A stretch of DNA of 64,000 bases from Prochlorococcus sp. AG-347-J19. GTDB taxonomy: Bacteria > Cyanobacteriota > Cyanobacteriia > PCC-6307 > Cyanobiaceae. The notes under the pieces are model-generated. The model worked only from the letters and a program-made list of their open reading frames with translations, had not been told where the DNA came from and ran no database searches. Positions 10,580 to 20,417 of the stretch are shown in pieces. How positions within the stretch are numbered: position 1 is the stretch's first letter; each line of letters opens with the position of its first letter. The stretch covers positions 22,774-86,773 of the forward strand of contig QCBV01000002.1 of NCBI GenBank assembly GCA_003279015.1, read 5' to 3'. The translations under genes were made by a program, and so were the position numbers.

Positions 10580-12868
10580 ATGTCAAAAAAAACCAGTAGA
10601 GAGATTGCACTTGAAAGAAGAAAGGCGATGAGTGATAGCGGTAAAAAAGCTGCTGCTTATTCTTCAACTACCAAAGATAGAGTTCGATCTTCTCAAGATA
10701 TACAGATTTCTGGGACTCAGTCTTCTCATAATAATATTTCTAAACCAGCTACAAAACATGTTCCAAAAACTCAAGTAAATAGAAATTCTTCAACAACTTT
10801 ATCTAGTAAAGAGTTAGTAATAGAGAGAAGAAAGGCAATGTCTACCCATGGGAAATCAGCTATAACTTCATCTGATAGAACCCGTACTGATGTTAAAAAA
10901 GAAAGTCCTGTAAGCACAGCTAAAACTACCTCAAGCGAAAATCAAGAAGTTCAAAATTCACATAATACAGAAATTAAAACATCAAAACCAAACGTTAAAA
11001 GAAGAATTAATCAGAAGAGAAAGCCTATTACTAATACAAGTAGAGATATTGTTTTAGCGAGAAGAGAAGCTCAATCTAAACATGGTAAATCAGCAACTAA
11101 ACAAAATACCAGTGCAGCTTCTTTAGCTAGAAGGGGAGACCCAGATTTAAGTAGTAGAGAAATTTCTCAGAGAGTGAGAGAGCTAAGAAGTAAAACTGGT
11201 GCCACAGGCAAAAAAGGTAATGGTAAATGTAGACCATGTGGTCCAAATAAAAATGGTGCCAAACAAAATATTGCAGATGCTAGCTGGAAAGTTGGTAAAA
11301 GTGAAACTGATTCAGGTCAAATAGTTACTGGAACTCAAGCTAATAGATCTGTAAAAACTACAGGTAATGAAGCAAGCACATGCAGAACTGTAACTGGTAC
11401 CCAATATATGGGATCAGAAGTTATTGATCAATTTTGTCAAGATAGACCAAGTTATAAACAACCACTTAGATCTACTGTAACCTCTACAACTTCAGGTAAT
11501 AAAGTAACCGGAAATGAAGTTGGTAGATCTGATAGGGTTACAGGCGATGAGCCAGGAACTTGTAAAAACCTTACAGGTACTGAATATGTATCTTCTAATC
11601 AGTCGCAGAAGTATTGTGGTGATGTCCCAAAAAATCCTTCAAAGGTTAAACACAGCACAACAACCGATGGTTTAAAAGTATCTGGATCACTTCCTGGTAG
11701 ATCAACCCTAGTTACTGGAGATGAATCAGGTTCTGGACATCAATTAACTGGAGATCAATATCTTGGCTCTGAGCCAAATCCAAAAGGTAAAGCATTTGAA
11801 AAAGTAGGCAGTTACAACACTCTTAATGGGAATAATGTAACTGGTACAGGGGTTGGAAGATCAGACCATATGACAGGCAATGAACATGGGAGTTGCAAGA
11901 ATGTAACTGGCGATGAGTACATAGGATCTCAACAATATGAGAAGTTTTGCGGTTCAAAACCAAAACCAGAAGCCAGAAAAGTAGGTTTAAGCCTTTCTTC
12001 AAAGTCAAATTTAATAAGCGGCACTATGACAGGAAGATCAGAAATAGTAACTGGAGATGAACCAGGTTCATGCAAAGTGTTAACAGGAACACCATACGCA
12101 GGATTAGATCAGATTAATGAAAATTGTAATAATGAAACTTCTGAAGATATGAAATCCCGAGCAACAGTTAATTCTGGAAATAATTCAAATGCCAGACTTA
12201 CAGGACAGCAACCAGGAATTGGCGGAGTAATGACAGGTGCTAAGAAAGGTGCTTGTAAAAATCTAACAGGTACTCCCTATGTTGGTGGAGATCAGCTCTC
12301 ACAAGCTTGTGATAATCCTCCACATGATGCGGCTTATGCGAATCCGGAAAAGTCGGCAGGTAACTCTTGGAACGAATTTTCTGTAAAATCTCCATCAAGA
12401 GATAAATATTCTGAAAAAAATACTCAAGGAGTTACAGGTAATGAATATGAAAATGGTTCAAAGGTAACAGGGCCTTTTGATATGGCAGTTGATAAGGTCA
12501 CTGGTACTGAAAAATTTAGATTTGAACCGAATAAAAATATTACTTATAAACAAAAAATGGAAATTGAAGAGGCAGACCGTGCTGCAAAGACACCAGAAAA
12601 AAGAGTAGCATCAAGGATTACTGGTGAAGGACAATCAGTAGGAAACGTAACTGGTGATGATTGGGATCGCGGCGATAAGGTAACAGGTACAGAGGGAGCT
12701 TCTTCTAGAAAGAGAAATCCATCAAGAGCAGGATTTATGAGCGCAATGCCCCCTATGGAAGTTAAAAGAAATGAGGAAACAGAAAAACCAGATTTCTTGA
12801 TAACTGGATCTAGTGGGAATACTCGTGAAGGACAACTTGTTACCTTTTCAGGTGGTGCAAGAGGTTAA
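10580..12868 (+). CDS. csoS2: Carboxysome scaffold protein CsoS2
   Basis: The track ORF starts at 10535, but that ATG lies in the loop of the terminator hairpin. I prefer ATG 10580 (MSKKTSREIALERRKAMS...). The protein is repetitive and basic, with the expected N, M and C regions. Confidence 0.93.
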   Translation: MSKKTSREIALERRKAMSDSGKKAAAYSSTTKDRVRSSQDIQISGTQSSHNNISKPATKHVPKTQVNRNSSTTLSSKELVIERRKAMSTHGKSAITSSDRTRTDVKKESPVSTAKTTSSENQEVQNSHNTEIKTSKPNVKRRINQKRKPITNTSRDIVLARREAQSKHGKSATKQNTSAASLARRGDPDLSSREISQRVRELRSKTGATGKKGNGKCRPCGPNKNGAKQNIADASWKVGKSETDSGQIVTGTQANRSVKTTGNEASTCRTVTGTQYMGSEVIDQFCQDRPSYKQPLRSTVTSTTSGNKVTGNEVGRSDRVTGDEPGTCKNLTGTEYVSSNQSQKYCGDVPKNPSKVKHSTTTDGLKVSGSLPGRSTLVTGDESGSGHQLTGDQYLGSEPNPKGKAFEKVGSYNTLNGNNVTGTGVGRSDHMTGNEHGSCKNVTGDEYIGSQQYEKFCGSKPKPEARKVGLSLSSKSNLISGTMTGRSEIVTGDEPGSCKVLTGTPYAGLDQINENCNNETSEDMKSRATVNSGNNSNARLTGQQPGIGGVMTGAKKGACKNLTGTPYVGGDQLSQACDNPPHDAAYANPEKSAGNSWNEFSVKSPSRDKYSEKNTQGVTGNEYENGSKVTGPFDMAVDKVTGTEKFRFEPNKNITYKQKMEIEEADRAAKTPEKRVASRITGEGQSVGNVTGDDWDRGDKVTGTEGASSRKRNPSRAGFMSAMPPMEVKRNEETEKPDFLITGSSGNTREGQLVTFSGGARG
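10595..11215 (+). repeat. CsoS2 N-region: four Rubisco-binding-type basic peptide repeats (coordinates approximate)
   Basis: The repeats are REIALERRKAMSDSGKKA, KELVIERRKAMSTHGKSA, RDIVLARREAQSKHGKSA and REISQRVRELRSKTGATG. Confidence 0.7.
11321..12310 (+). repeat. CsoS2 M-region: six roughly 50-aa repeats built on (V/I)TG triplets, most with Cys pairs (coordinates approximate)
   Basis: Examples are GNEASTCRTVTGTQYMGSEVIDQFC, GDEPGTCKNLTGTEYVSSNQSQKYC, GNEHGSCKNVTGDEYIGSQQYEKFC, GDEPGSCKVLTGTPYAGLDQINENC and GAKKGACKNLTGTPYVGGDQLSQAC. One repeat lacks Cys. Confidence 0.7.
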
Positions 12869-12875
12869 GTAAATA

Positions 12876-14405
12876 ATGCCTTTAAGAGGACTGGCTAAAG
12901 CCAAGAACTTCACATTGGGGCCAACAGCTCCAATGAAAACTTTTACTGAAAATGTTCATACACAAGCTAAAGAATCAAATAATTTCCGAAATTCTGGAAA
13001 GTCTCATAAATTAACCAATAGTATCCAAAATGAAAATCTATTTAGGTATGAAAGCAAAATAAAAAGTGATTTTGATGAAATTGTTCCAACTCTCAAGGAA
13101 ATTGCTCGAATTCAACATCACGAAGATTTTATAAATAAGGCACAGAAAATATCAAGAAAAAATTTGGGAATAGATTTACCCCTACATATATTAGATAAAT
13201 CTTGGGTTAAACCTCTTGATATGAGAGCTTTATATGCATGGTCTGCTTTCAAACAGCATGAGAAACTAAGCGACAATTTTTTTAACAATGATCCACTTGA
13301 AGGTGCTGCTGGAAGTAGGGATGCGGAAGACTTTGAAAAATTTCTCTTAGATTGTGGAATACATTTACTTGATATAACTCCTTGTTCAGATGGAAGATTA
13401 GCTCATACAGTTGCTTATGTAATGAGAATACCTTTTAGTTCAGTAAGAAGAAGATCGCATGCTGGAGCACTTTTTGATATTGAAAATACGGTTAATCGAT
13501 GGGTAAAAACTGAACATAAAAGATATAGAGAGAATATTCCTAATGAAGCTCATAAAGATACTAGGTATTTAAAAGTTGTAACTTATCATTTTAGTTCAGT
13601 AGATCCTTTGCATCAAGGATGCGCAGCTCATGGGAGTAATGACGAATTAGCTGCAGCAGAGGGTAGAAATAAATTATATGCTTTTAAAGAGGCTGTTGAG
13701 AATAGCTTTTGCTGCGGAGCTTCTGTTGATTTAATGTTAATTGGACTTGATACAGACACTGATTCATTAAAAATACATTTGTCAAAAAGCGATGGAGGGA
13801 TTGACTTAGAAAAAACTATTTCTACATTAGAAATTTACAATTCAACAATAAATTTTTCTAAAGAGGATGCGGAAAGAGAAATTTGCCAGACAATTTCTAT
13901 GCAATCTTCAAAAGATAAACTCAATGGACTAGATAAATTTATTTATAAATTAATTGTTAATAATATTTCTCAAATTGATTATGTTAAGAGTTTTTATAAT
14001 GCTTCTTATGAAGATATTGGGCATGCTGAGAGGTTTATTGGAGTTGGTATAGGTTTTAAAGAAGTACATCTCAGAAATTTAACTTATTTTGCTCATTTAG
14101 ATACAGTCGAAGAAGGGGCTCCAGATTTAGATGTAGGAGTGAAGATTTTTACTGGATTAAATGTTTCTCAAGATCTACCTATTCCGGTAGTAATAAGATT
14201 TGATTACTCTGGCAAAGTACCAGGCGCAAAAGAGAGGGCAATAAGTGATTGTGAAAGAGTTAATAATGCGATATCAATTAGATATAAAAATTTAGTTGAT
14301 CAAGGGTTGTTACACACCTGCTCTACTATTAGAGATAGGGACAACATTCATTCCGCCCAAATTATTGGAATGTCTTTAGATAAAAAAACAGAGGAGGCTC
14401 ACTAA
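12876..14405 (+). CDS. csoS3: Carboxysomal carbonic anhydrase CsoSCA (CsoS3)
   Basis: 509 aa in the canonical position after csoS2, with conserved Cys/His stretches (ITPCSDGRLAH, GCAAHGS). Confidence 0.93.
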   Translation: MPLRGLAKAKNFTLGPTAPMKTFTENVHTQAKESNNFRNSGKSHKLTNSIQNENLFRYESKIKSDFDEIVPTLKEIARIQHHEDFINKAQKISRKNLGIDLPLHILDKSWVKPLDMRALYAWSAFKQHEKLSDNFFNNDPLEGAAGSRDAEDFEKFLLDCGIHLLDITPCSDGRLAHTVAYVMRIPFSSVRRRSHAGALFDIENTVNRWVKTEHKRYRENIPNEAHKDTRYLKVVTYHFSSVDPLHQGCAAHGSNDELAAAEGRNKLYAFKEAVENSFCCGASVDLMLIGLDTDTDSLKIHLSKSDGGIDLEKTISTLEIYNSTINFSKEDAEREICQTISMQSSKDKLNGLDKFIYKLIVNNISQIDYVKSFYNASYEDIGHAERFIGVGIGFKEVHLRNLTYFAHLDTVEEGAPDLDVGVKIFTGLNVSQDLPIPVVIRFDYSGKVPGAKERAISDCERVNNAISIRYKNLVDQGLLHTCSTIRDRDNIHSAQIIGMSLDKKTEEAH

Positions 14406-14407
14406 TT

Positions 14408-14659
14408 ATGTTAATTTGCAAGGTTGTAAAACCACTTGTTTCTACCAATAGGATTCCTGGTTTTGAACATAAACATCTGCAGGTTGTATTAGATGGTTCT
14501 TCTAACAAAGTTGCAGTTGATGCTGTGGGCTGTAAACCAGGAGATTGGGTTATTTGTGTTGGAAGTTCTGCTGCAAGAGAAGCAGCGGGAAGCAAATCTT
14601 ATCCAAGCGATTTAACCATTGTTGGGATTATTGACCATTGGGATCCTGATAAGTCATAA
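14408..14659 (+). CDS. csoS4A: Carboxysome vertex pentamer protein CsoS4A (EutN/CcmL family)
   Basis: 83 aa (MLICKVVKPLVSTNRIPGFEHKHLQVV), with EutN-like fold and the expected position. Confidence 0.93.
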   Translation: MLICKVVKPLVSTNRIPGFEHKHLQVVLDGSSNKVAVDAVGCKPGDWVICVGSSAAREAAGSKSYPSDLTIVGIIDHWDPDKS

Positions 14660-14676
14660 AAAAGGAGGAAGATATT

Positions 14677-14925
14677 GTGGAAATTATGAAGGTATTAGGA
14701 AGGATGGTATGTACTCAAAGAGTAGCTGGCCTAGGTCATATGAATTTACGAATTTTAGAAAATAATAAAGGAAAGAAATTAGTTGCTGTTGATCCTGTTG
14801 GAGCTAGAGAAGGTAACTGGGTTTTTACTTCTAGTGGCTCTGCCGCTAGATTTGCATGCCCTAATCCAGAAGTTCAAACCGATTTAACAATAGGCGGTAT
14901 TATTGATTATTGGGAGAACGATTAA
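14677..14925 (+). CDS. csoS4B: Carboxysome vertex pentamer protein CsoS4B (EutN/CcmL family)
   Basis: 82 aa and paralogous to CsoS4A. GGAGG at 14664-14668 sits 8 nt before GTG 14677, which supports that start. ATG 14686 is the alternative. Confidence 0.9.
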   Translation: MEIMKVLGRMVCTQRVAGLGHMNLRILENNKGKKLVAVDPVGAREGNWVFTSSGSAARFACPNPEVQTDLTIGGIIDYWEND

Positions 14926-14998
14926 ATCCTTCAACCATAAATCTTATTGAGGAACTTTGTTGAATGTATAGTGTAATTAATCCTAAATAAAGAATTTA

Positions 14999-15238
14999 AT
15001 GTGGAATAAAAGAGAATCACCTTTAAGGATTGAAAAAAGATTTGAATTTGAGCAATACTCAAAAATTAGTAAATTCATGGGGAAAATTGAGAAATTATGT
15101 AAAGAAAGGGATATCTATCCAAATATAAGCTTCGGTAAGAATTTTGTAAGTGTTTCAATATTTTTAGATAATAAAGAAATATCAGATAAGGAAAGAGACT
15201 TTTCAAAAGGTATTGAAAAATTTTATTTAGAAGATTAG
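14999..15238 (+). CDS. Pterin-4a-carbinolamine dehydratase-like protein (alpha-carboxysome-associated, acRAF-type)
   Basis: 79 aa, PCD-sized, lying immediately after csoS4B as in other alpha-carboxysome loci. Confidence 0.7.
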   Translation: MWNKRESPLRIEKRFEFEQYSKISKFMGKIEKLCKERDIYPNISFGKNFVSVSIFLDNKEISDKERDFSKGIEKFYLED

Positions 15239-15244
15239 TCCTTT

Positions 15245-15472
15245 TTAATAATTATTTGGCTTTGCAATATCTCTTTTGATTAAAGCCATTAAATATGTGG
15301 GGGCTTTATATCTTCCAGGTAAACATCTATTTAAAGTTTCAAGATGACCCCAACACACCGTCTTTTCTATATCTTTTACTGAATTGCCTTTTAGAATTAA
15401 TAGTCTAAGAGCTTTGCAAAATAAAGGATAACCTGCCTCTAGTTCATCTATATTAAGCTTTGCTGCTGACAT
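15245..15472 (-). CDS. Small conserved hypothetical protein (75 aa, 3 Cys)
   Basis: ORF with ATG start, convergent on the PCD-like gene. I recognise no family. Confidence 0.45.
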   Translation of the reverse strand: MSAAKLNIDELEAGYPLFCKALRLLILKGNSVKDIEKTVCWGHLETLNRCLPGRYKAPTYLMALIKRDIAKPNNY

Positions 15473-15557
15473 AGATCAAGGATGAATTATCAACTAATAA
15501 TCTATACAACTATGGTGCACAATTGGTTGATATTTCAAATTTCTCAATAATTAGAAA

Positions 15558-15950
15558 TTAATCTAGAAATGCGACGCAATCTATCTCAACTAAAACCCCT
15601 TTTGGAAGAGATGAAACTTCCACACAGGCCCTTGCTGGAGGATTCTCTATATTAAAAAAATCACTATATATTTTATTGACAATCTGAAAATTACTTAGGT
15701 CGGTTAAGTAAATAGTTGTTTTTATTACATCCTCTTTTTGGGCTCCACCAGCTTTAAGAACTGCTGCCAGATTTTTTAAGACTTGAATAGTTTCCTTCTC
15801 TATATCACCTAAACATGTTATTTCATTTAAAGCTGGGTCTATAGCAATTTGACCAGAACAATAGATAAAATCCCCAGCTTTTATTGCTTGATTATAAGGT
15901 CCGACTGGATCTGGAGCATTTGATGTTTTAATTACTTGTTTGGGGGACAT
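15558..15950 (-). CDS. ridA: RidA/YjgF/TdcF family reactive-intermediate deaminase
   Basis: 130 aa with the typical YjgF pattern (APDPVGPYNQAIKAG...SGQIAIDP...PARACVEVSSLPKGVLVEI). Confidence 0.9.
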   Translation of the reverse strand: MSPKQVIKTSNAPDPVGPYNQAIKAGDFIYCSGQIAIDPALNEITCLGDIEKETIQVLKNLAAVLKAGGAQKEDVIKTTIYLTDLSNFQIVNKIYSDFFNIENPPARACVEVSSLPKGVLVEIDCVAFLD

Positions 15951-15974
15951 TTGTTTAAGAAGATACCTATCTAT

Positions 15975-16715
15975 TTAAACCCATAAATCTTTATTTGCTC
16001 TTAAAAAAGTAAATTCTTCTAGATTTTTTGCTCTTAAGAAAAGGTTTATTTTCATCTCTTCATCAAGTAAAAATGGAATTGTCAATTCATTAAGAGAAAG
16101 TTTTTTTTCAACTTCCAAAAGTTTATGTTTTATATCTTGATCTTTAGGCTTGAGATTCAATGCCCACAATATATTTGCCTTGGTATATTCATGTGCACAA
16201 TATATGAGAGTATTTTTTGGTAGAGATTTGATTCTTTCTAGTGAAGAATACATTTGTTGATAAGTTCCTTCAAAAATTCTTCCACAGCCTCCCGAAAATA
16301 ATGTATCACCAATAAAAAGAACAGGATTTTCCTCATTCAAAAAGAAGGCAATATGTGAGCTTGTATGACCTAATACTTCAATTATTTTTACTTCTTCCCC
16401 TAATATATGCAAAACTTCCCCATCTTCTACAGATACATTTTGAAAAGGTATGCGCTTTTTTTCTCTTGAGGAAGCAATAACCTTTACATTTGGCCATCTT
16501 TCAATAAGAGACTTCGTCCCACCAATATGGTCTGAATGATGATGAGTTTGCAGAATAGCTTTTAAGTGAAAATTATTTTCATCTATAAATCTAATTACTG
16601 GTTCGTGAACAGATGGATCTACAACTACAACGGATTTATCTTTTATCCACAACCAAATGACGTTATCATTTAAAACTCTTAGTCCGATTATATTGCGAGC
16701 TTTATTAAATTCCAT
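15975..16715 (-). CDS. gloB: Hydroxyacylglutathione hydrolase (glyoxalase II, metallo-beta-lactamase fold)
   Basis: Carries the [10 protein letters not shown] metal motif. The track ORF extends to 16886 and overlaps hisG by 131 nt. The internal ATG at 16715 ([18 protein letters not shown]..) gives a normal 246-aa GloB with no overlap. Confidence 0.88.
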   Translation of the reverse strand: MEFNKARNIIGLRVLNDNVIWLWIKDKSVVVVDPSVHEPVIRFIDENNFHLKAILQTHHHSDHIGGTKSLIERWPNVKVIASSREKKRIPFQNVSVEDGEVLHILGEEVKIIEVLGHTSSHIAFFLNEENPVLFIGDTLFSGGCGRIFEGTYQQMYSSLERIKSLPKNTLIYCAHEYTKANILWALNLKPKDQDIKHKLLEVEKKLSLNELTIPFLLDEEMKINLFLRAKNLEEFTFLRANKDLWV

Positions 16716-16755
16716 TGTTAACTTAGAATGAAGAGTCCTTGTAAGAAATTGATCT

Positions 16756-17400
16756 ATGTTTACTATAGCTTTACCAAAAGGAGCTCTGTTAAAAGATTCA
16801 ATTTCAACTTTTAAAAGAGCTGGTTTAGATTTTTCTGACGCGTTGGACGAAAATAATAGATCATTAACCTTTGAATCAAGTTGCAAACGGGCTAAAGCAT
16901 TATTAGTAAGAAATGGAGATGTTCCTGTTTATGTAAGTTATGGTCAAGCTGATTTGGGTATTGTTGGGTATGACGTTTTACGAGAATCTGAATTAAAAGT
17001 CGCAAAGTTATTAGATTTGGGATTTGGGGGTTGTCATATGTCTTTGGCGGTTAAGAAAAATAGCAATTATTCAAAACCAACAGATCTTCCGGCGAATTGT
17101 AAAGTAGCTAGTAAATTTATAAAAACAGCAAGATCTTATTTTGAAGATTTAAATATCCCTGTAGAAATAGTTCATTTAACAGGATCAGTCGAGCTTGGTC
17201 CTATTACAGGTATGGCAGAGGCAATAGTTGATTTGGTGGCAACTGGCAAGACTCTTAAAGAGAATGGTTTAATTAAAATAGATGATCTTTTCTATTCGAC
17301 TGCAAGACTAATTGGAAATCCTTTATCTATGAGGTTAGATGATAATCATCTCAGAGATACGATTTTATCAATAGAATCTACTAATGTAATAAAAAAATAG
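16756..17400 (+). CDS. hisG: ATP phosphoribosyltransferase, short form
   Basis: 214 aa ([15 protein letters not shown].., [22 protein letters not shown]). Confidence 0.94.
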   Translation: MFTIALPKGALLKDSISTFKRAGLDFSDALDENNRSLTFESSCKRAKALLVRNGDVPVYVSYGQADLGIVGYDVLRESELKVAKLLDLGFGGCHMSLAVKKNSNYSKPTDLPANCKVASKFIKTARSYFEDLNIPVEIVHLTGSVELGPITGMAEAIVDLVATGKTLKENGLIKIDDLFYSTARLIGNPLSMRLDDNHLRDTILSIESTNVIKK

Positions 17401-17404
17401 CTTA

Positions 17405-19198
17405 ATGTTTAATGATTTTAGAAGGATTAAAAAGTTAGGTAAATATTTAACTAAAGATAAAAAAACAATCTATCTAATCTTGATAGTTTTGCTACCTGTT
17501 TCATTCTCTGGAGCTATTCAACCATTATTAGTTGGTCAAGCAATTACCATTCTTAAGAATGAAACTACAGATGTTTGGCTAAGTAAAACCTTTTTTGGGC
17601 AGTCAATAAATGCCATAATCCTAACTTTATTGATAACTGTTCTATTTAGGTTGGTTCTGCAAGGATACCAAACTTACAATATCCAAGCAGTGGGCCAACG
17701 TTTGACAGCAAGGATAAGAAGAGAACTTTTTGATCATTCAATATCCTTATCTCTGAAGTATCACGATAAAATGCCTGTAGGGAAATTATTAACGAGATTA
17801 ACAAATGATGTTGATGCTTTAGCCGAGGTTTTTGGTAGTGGGGCAGTTGGAGTTATTGCTGACTTCGTAAGTCTTATAGTAATTTCTTTGACAATGCTTT
17901 CAATTGATCGAGGGCTTGCTATTTTATTGTTATTAACTCAGATTCCAGTCTCATATTTCATTATTTGGCTTCAAAAACGTTTCAGAAAGGCCAATTATCA
18001 AGTAAGAGAAGAGTTATCTCAACTCAATTCTGATTTTCAAGAGAATCTTCAAGGTCTAGAAGTTGTTCAGATGTTTAGAAGAGAAGCTTTTAATAGTAAG
18101 AAATTTTCTAATACTGGAGTTGCTTACAAGAAAGCAGTAAATGGAACTATATTTTATGACAGTAGCATTTCAGCATTTATAGAGTGGATTTCGCTTGCGG
18201 CAGTTTCCTTGGTTTTAGCAGTTGGAGGGTATCTTGTTACCTCTGGAAATATTGGTTTAGGGACATTAACAACTTTCATTTTATATTCCCAAAGACTTTT
18301 TGAACCTTTAAGACAGCTTGCAGAGAGATTTACTCAGATCCAAGGAGGACTTACAGCTGTTGAGAGAATAAATGAACTATTGGATGAAGAAATTCAGATT
18401 AAAGACTCTTTTTCCGCGAAGAATTTTTCAAAAAATGCGCAAACTGCAAATAAGCAATTTAAGGGTAAGATTGAATTCAAGAATGTTAATTTCTTTTATA
18501 AAGAAGGGGAACATATCCTTAAAGATTTATCTTTCTTGATCAATCCAGGAGAGCATGTGGCTATTGTGGGGCCAACTGGATCAGGTAAAACAACTGTAAT
18601 TAGATTATTATGTAGATTGTATGAACCTCAATCAGGCCAAATTTTAATTGATGATACAGATATAAAAGATATTCCTATCGCAATCCTCAGAAATATGTTG
18701 GGAGTAGTTCTTCAAGATACCTTCATCTTTAGCGGGAATGTTGCAGATAATTTGAAACTAAATGCGAACATAGACAATCTTGAATTAGAAAATCTATGTA
18801 AAGAACTTGGATTAAACAGTTTATTAAAAAAATTACCGGAAGGTTTGAACACTTATCTTAGAGAGAGAGGTGGAAATCTCTCTTCTGGAGAGAGACAACT
18901 TCTTTCAGTAGCACGAGTTGCTATTAGAAATCCTGTTGTTTTGATAATGGACGAAGCTACAGCTTTTATGGATCCTTCTACAGAAGCAACTTTGCAGAGA
19001 GACCTTGAGAGAATTCTTACAAAAAGAACAGCATTAGTAATAGCTCACAGATTAGCAACTATTGAAAGTTCTGATAAGATTTTAGTTTTAAAAGGTGGAT
19101 CATTGGTTGAAGAGGGATCACATAATGAATTGAGAATAAAAAAGGGTTTATATTTTCAGCTTTCTGAACTTCAACGAAAAGGATTTGTGAATTTTTAA
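17405..19198 (+). CDS. ABC exporter with fused permease and ATPase (MdlB/MsbA-like)
   Basis: 597 aa with an N-terminal 6-TM domain, Walker A GPTGSGKTT, signature LSSGERQ and Walker B LIMDEAT. Confidence 0.9.
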   Translation: MFNDFRRIKKLGKYLTKDKKTIYLILIVLLPVSFSGAIQPLLVGQAITILKNETTDVWLSKTFFGQSINAIILTLLITVLFRLVLQGYQTYNIQAVGQRLTARIRRELFDHSISLSLKYHDKMPVGKLLTRLTNDVDALAEVFGSGAVGVIADFVSLIVISLTMLSIDRGLAILLLLTQIPVSYFIIWLQKRFRKANYQVREELSQLNSDFQENLQGLEVVQMFRREAFNSKKFSNTGVAYKKAVNGTIFYDSSISAFIEWISLAAVSLVLAVGGYLVTSGNIGLGTLTTFILYSQRLFEPLRQLAERFTQIQGGLTAVERINELLDEEIQIKDSFSAKNFSKNAQTANKQFKGKIEFKNVNFFYKEGEHILKDLSFLINPGEHVAIVGPTGSGKTTVIRLLCRLYEPQSGQILIDDTDIKDIPIAILRNMLGVVLQDTFIFSGNVADNLKLNANIDNLELENLCKELGLNSLLKKLPEGLNTYLRERGGNLSSGERQLLSVARVAIRNPVVLIMDEATAFMDPSTEATLQRDLERILTKRTALVIAHRLATIESSDKILVLKGGSLVEEGSHNELRIKKGLYFQLSELQRKGFVNF

Positions 19199-19728
19199 TG
19201 ATTTTTAGAAACCAAGGGTCATCAATAAAAGGATCGAACAATATATCTAAAGATGAACTTTTAGATATCTATGGTTTGAATTCTTATGAATTCACTCAAA
19301 AAAATGAAGAGGAAATTTTTGTATGTAGTAAAAATAAAGAATTAGATCTTATAGAGCTAGATCAACTTTTGCAAACTGTTGGTTGGAGCAGAAGGCCTAT
19401 AAGGAGAGTAAAAAGAGCTTTGGATTTTAGTATTTTAGTTGTCAGTTTATGGCGTCATGATAATAAATTTCCTAGGCTAGTAGGCTTTGCAAGATGTACT
19501 GGCGATGGAATTATAGAGGCAACTGTTTGGGATGTTGCCGTTAATCCTGTTTATCAAGGGAAAGGATTAGGGAGAGAGTTAATGAAATATATTCTAAAAG
19601 AATTAAAAACTATTGGAATTAAAAAAGTCACTCTTTTTGCTGATGCGGAAGTTGTTTCATTTTACAAAAGACAAGGTTGGACATTAGAGCCAAAAGGATC
19701 TAAATGCGCATTTTGGTATGCAAATTAA
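19198..19728 (+). CDS. GNAT family N-acetyltransferase
   Basis: 176 aa with the acetyl-CoA motif QGKGLGRELM. Its start overlaps the exporter stop (TAATG). Confidence 0.85.
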   Translation: MIFRNQGSSIKGSNNISKDELLDIYGLNSYEFTQKNEEEIFVCSKNKELDLIELDQLLQTVGWSRRPIRRVKRALDFSILVVSLWRHDNKFPRLVGFARCTGDGIIEATVWDVAVNPVYQGKGLGRELMKYILKELKTIGIKKVTLFADAEVVSFYKRQGWTLEPKGSKCAFWYAN

Positions 19729-19731
19729 TTA

Positions 19732-20412
19732 TTATTTGTAGTAGTCAGAATATATAGTTTTTGCTGATTCGCCCTTTAACCATCTTCTTCTGAAATTCCA
19801 GTTCTTTAGTGCTTGTATAAATATATTAGTTCTTTCCCATTTCCTTGAACTTATGAAAATAGGTAAATTTAGTTGTTTTAAATCTTTTCTTTTGTTTAAT
19901 CTTCTTAAAAAATCTATGTCTTCCATTAAAGGTATCTTTCTAAAACCATTGTTCTTCAAATAAGTAGTTTTATGCATTATTAAACCTTGATCACCATAAG
20001 GTTGTTTTAAGTATTTACTTCTAAGATTTACAAGAATCTCAAGGAGTCTATAAATTATCTTTTTGTGATTAATTTTAAATTTAAAATAGTAAATATAATT
20101 CTTGTTTCCTTTTAAAACTGAATTTATTTTTCTAAACCAATCACTAGTTAATCTTGTGTCTGCATGCAAAAATATGAACCAGTCTCCTCTTGCGTTCTTA
20201 GCACCAATATCTAATTGTAAACCTCTATTTTTTTCTTTGGATTTATATACTTTTGCTCCATAAATATTTGCTATATCAATAGTTTTATCCTCACTACCAC
20301 AATCAACAATTATGATATCTCCTTCTTTTTTTATAATTGACAGATCTGAGAGCAATAATGGCAAATTTTTTGCTTCATTGATAGTCGGAATGATAATTGA
20401 TACTTTAGACAA
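19732..20412 (-). CDS. Family 2 glycosyltransferase (small, TIGR04283-like)
   Basis: 226 aa (VSIIIPTINEAKNL, VDCGSEDKT, HADT) in GT-A fold order. Confidence 0.85.
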   Translation of the reverse strand: MSKVSIIIPTINEAKNLPLLLSDLSIIKKEGDIIIVDCGSEDKTIDIANIYGAKVYKSKEKNRGLQLDIGAKNARGDWFIFLHADTRLTSDWFRKINSVLKGNKNYIYYFKFKINHKKIIYRLLEILVNLRSKYLKQPYGDQGLIMHKTTYLKNNGFRKIPLMEDIDFLRRLNKRKDLKQLNLPIFISSRKWERTNIFIQALKNWNFRRRWLKGESAKTIYSDYYK

Positions 20413-20417
20413 TTTGA

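Noticed and set aside
15975-16886. Long (303-aa) version of the gloB ORF
   Set aside because: The first 57 codons overlap hisG by 131 nt and have no glyoxalase II counterpart. The internal ATG at 16715 gives a standard-length protein.
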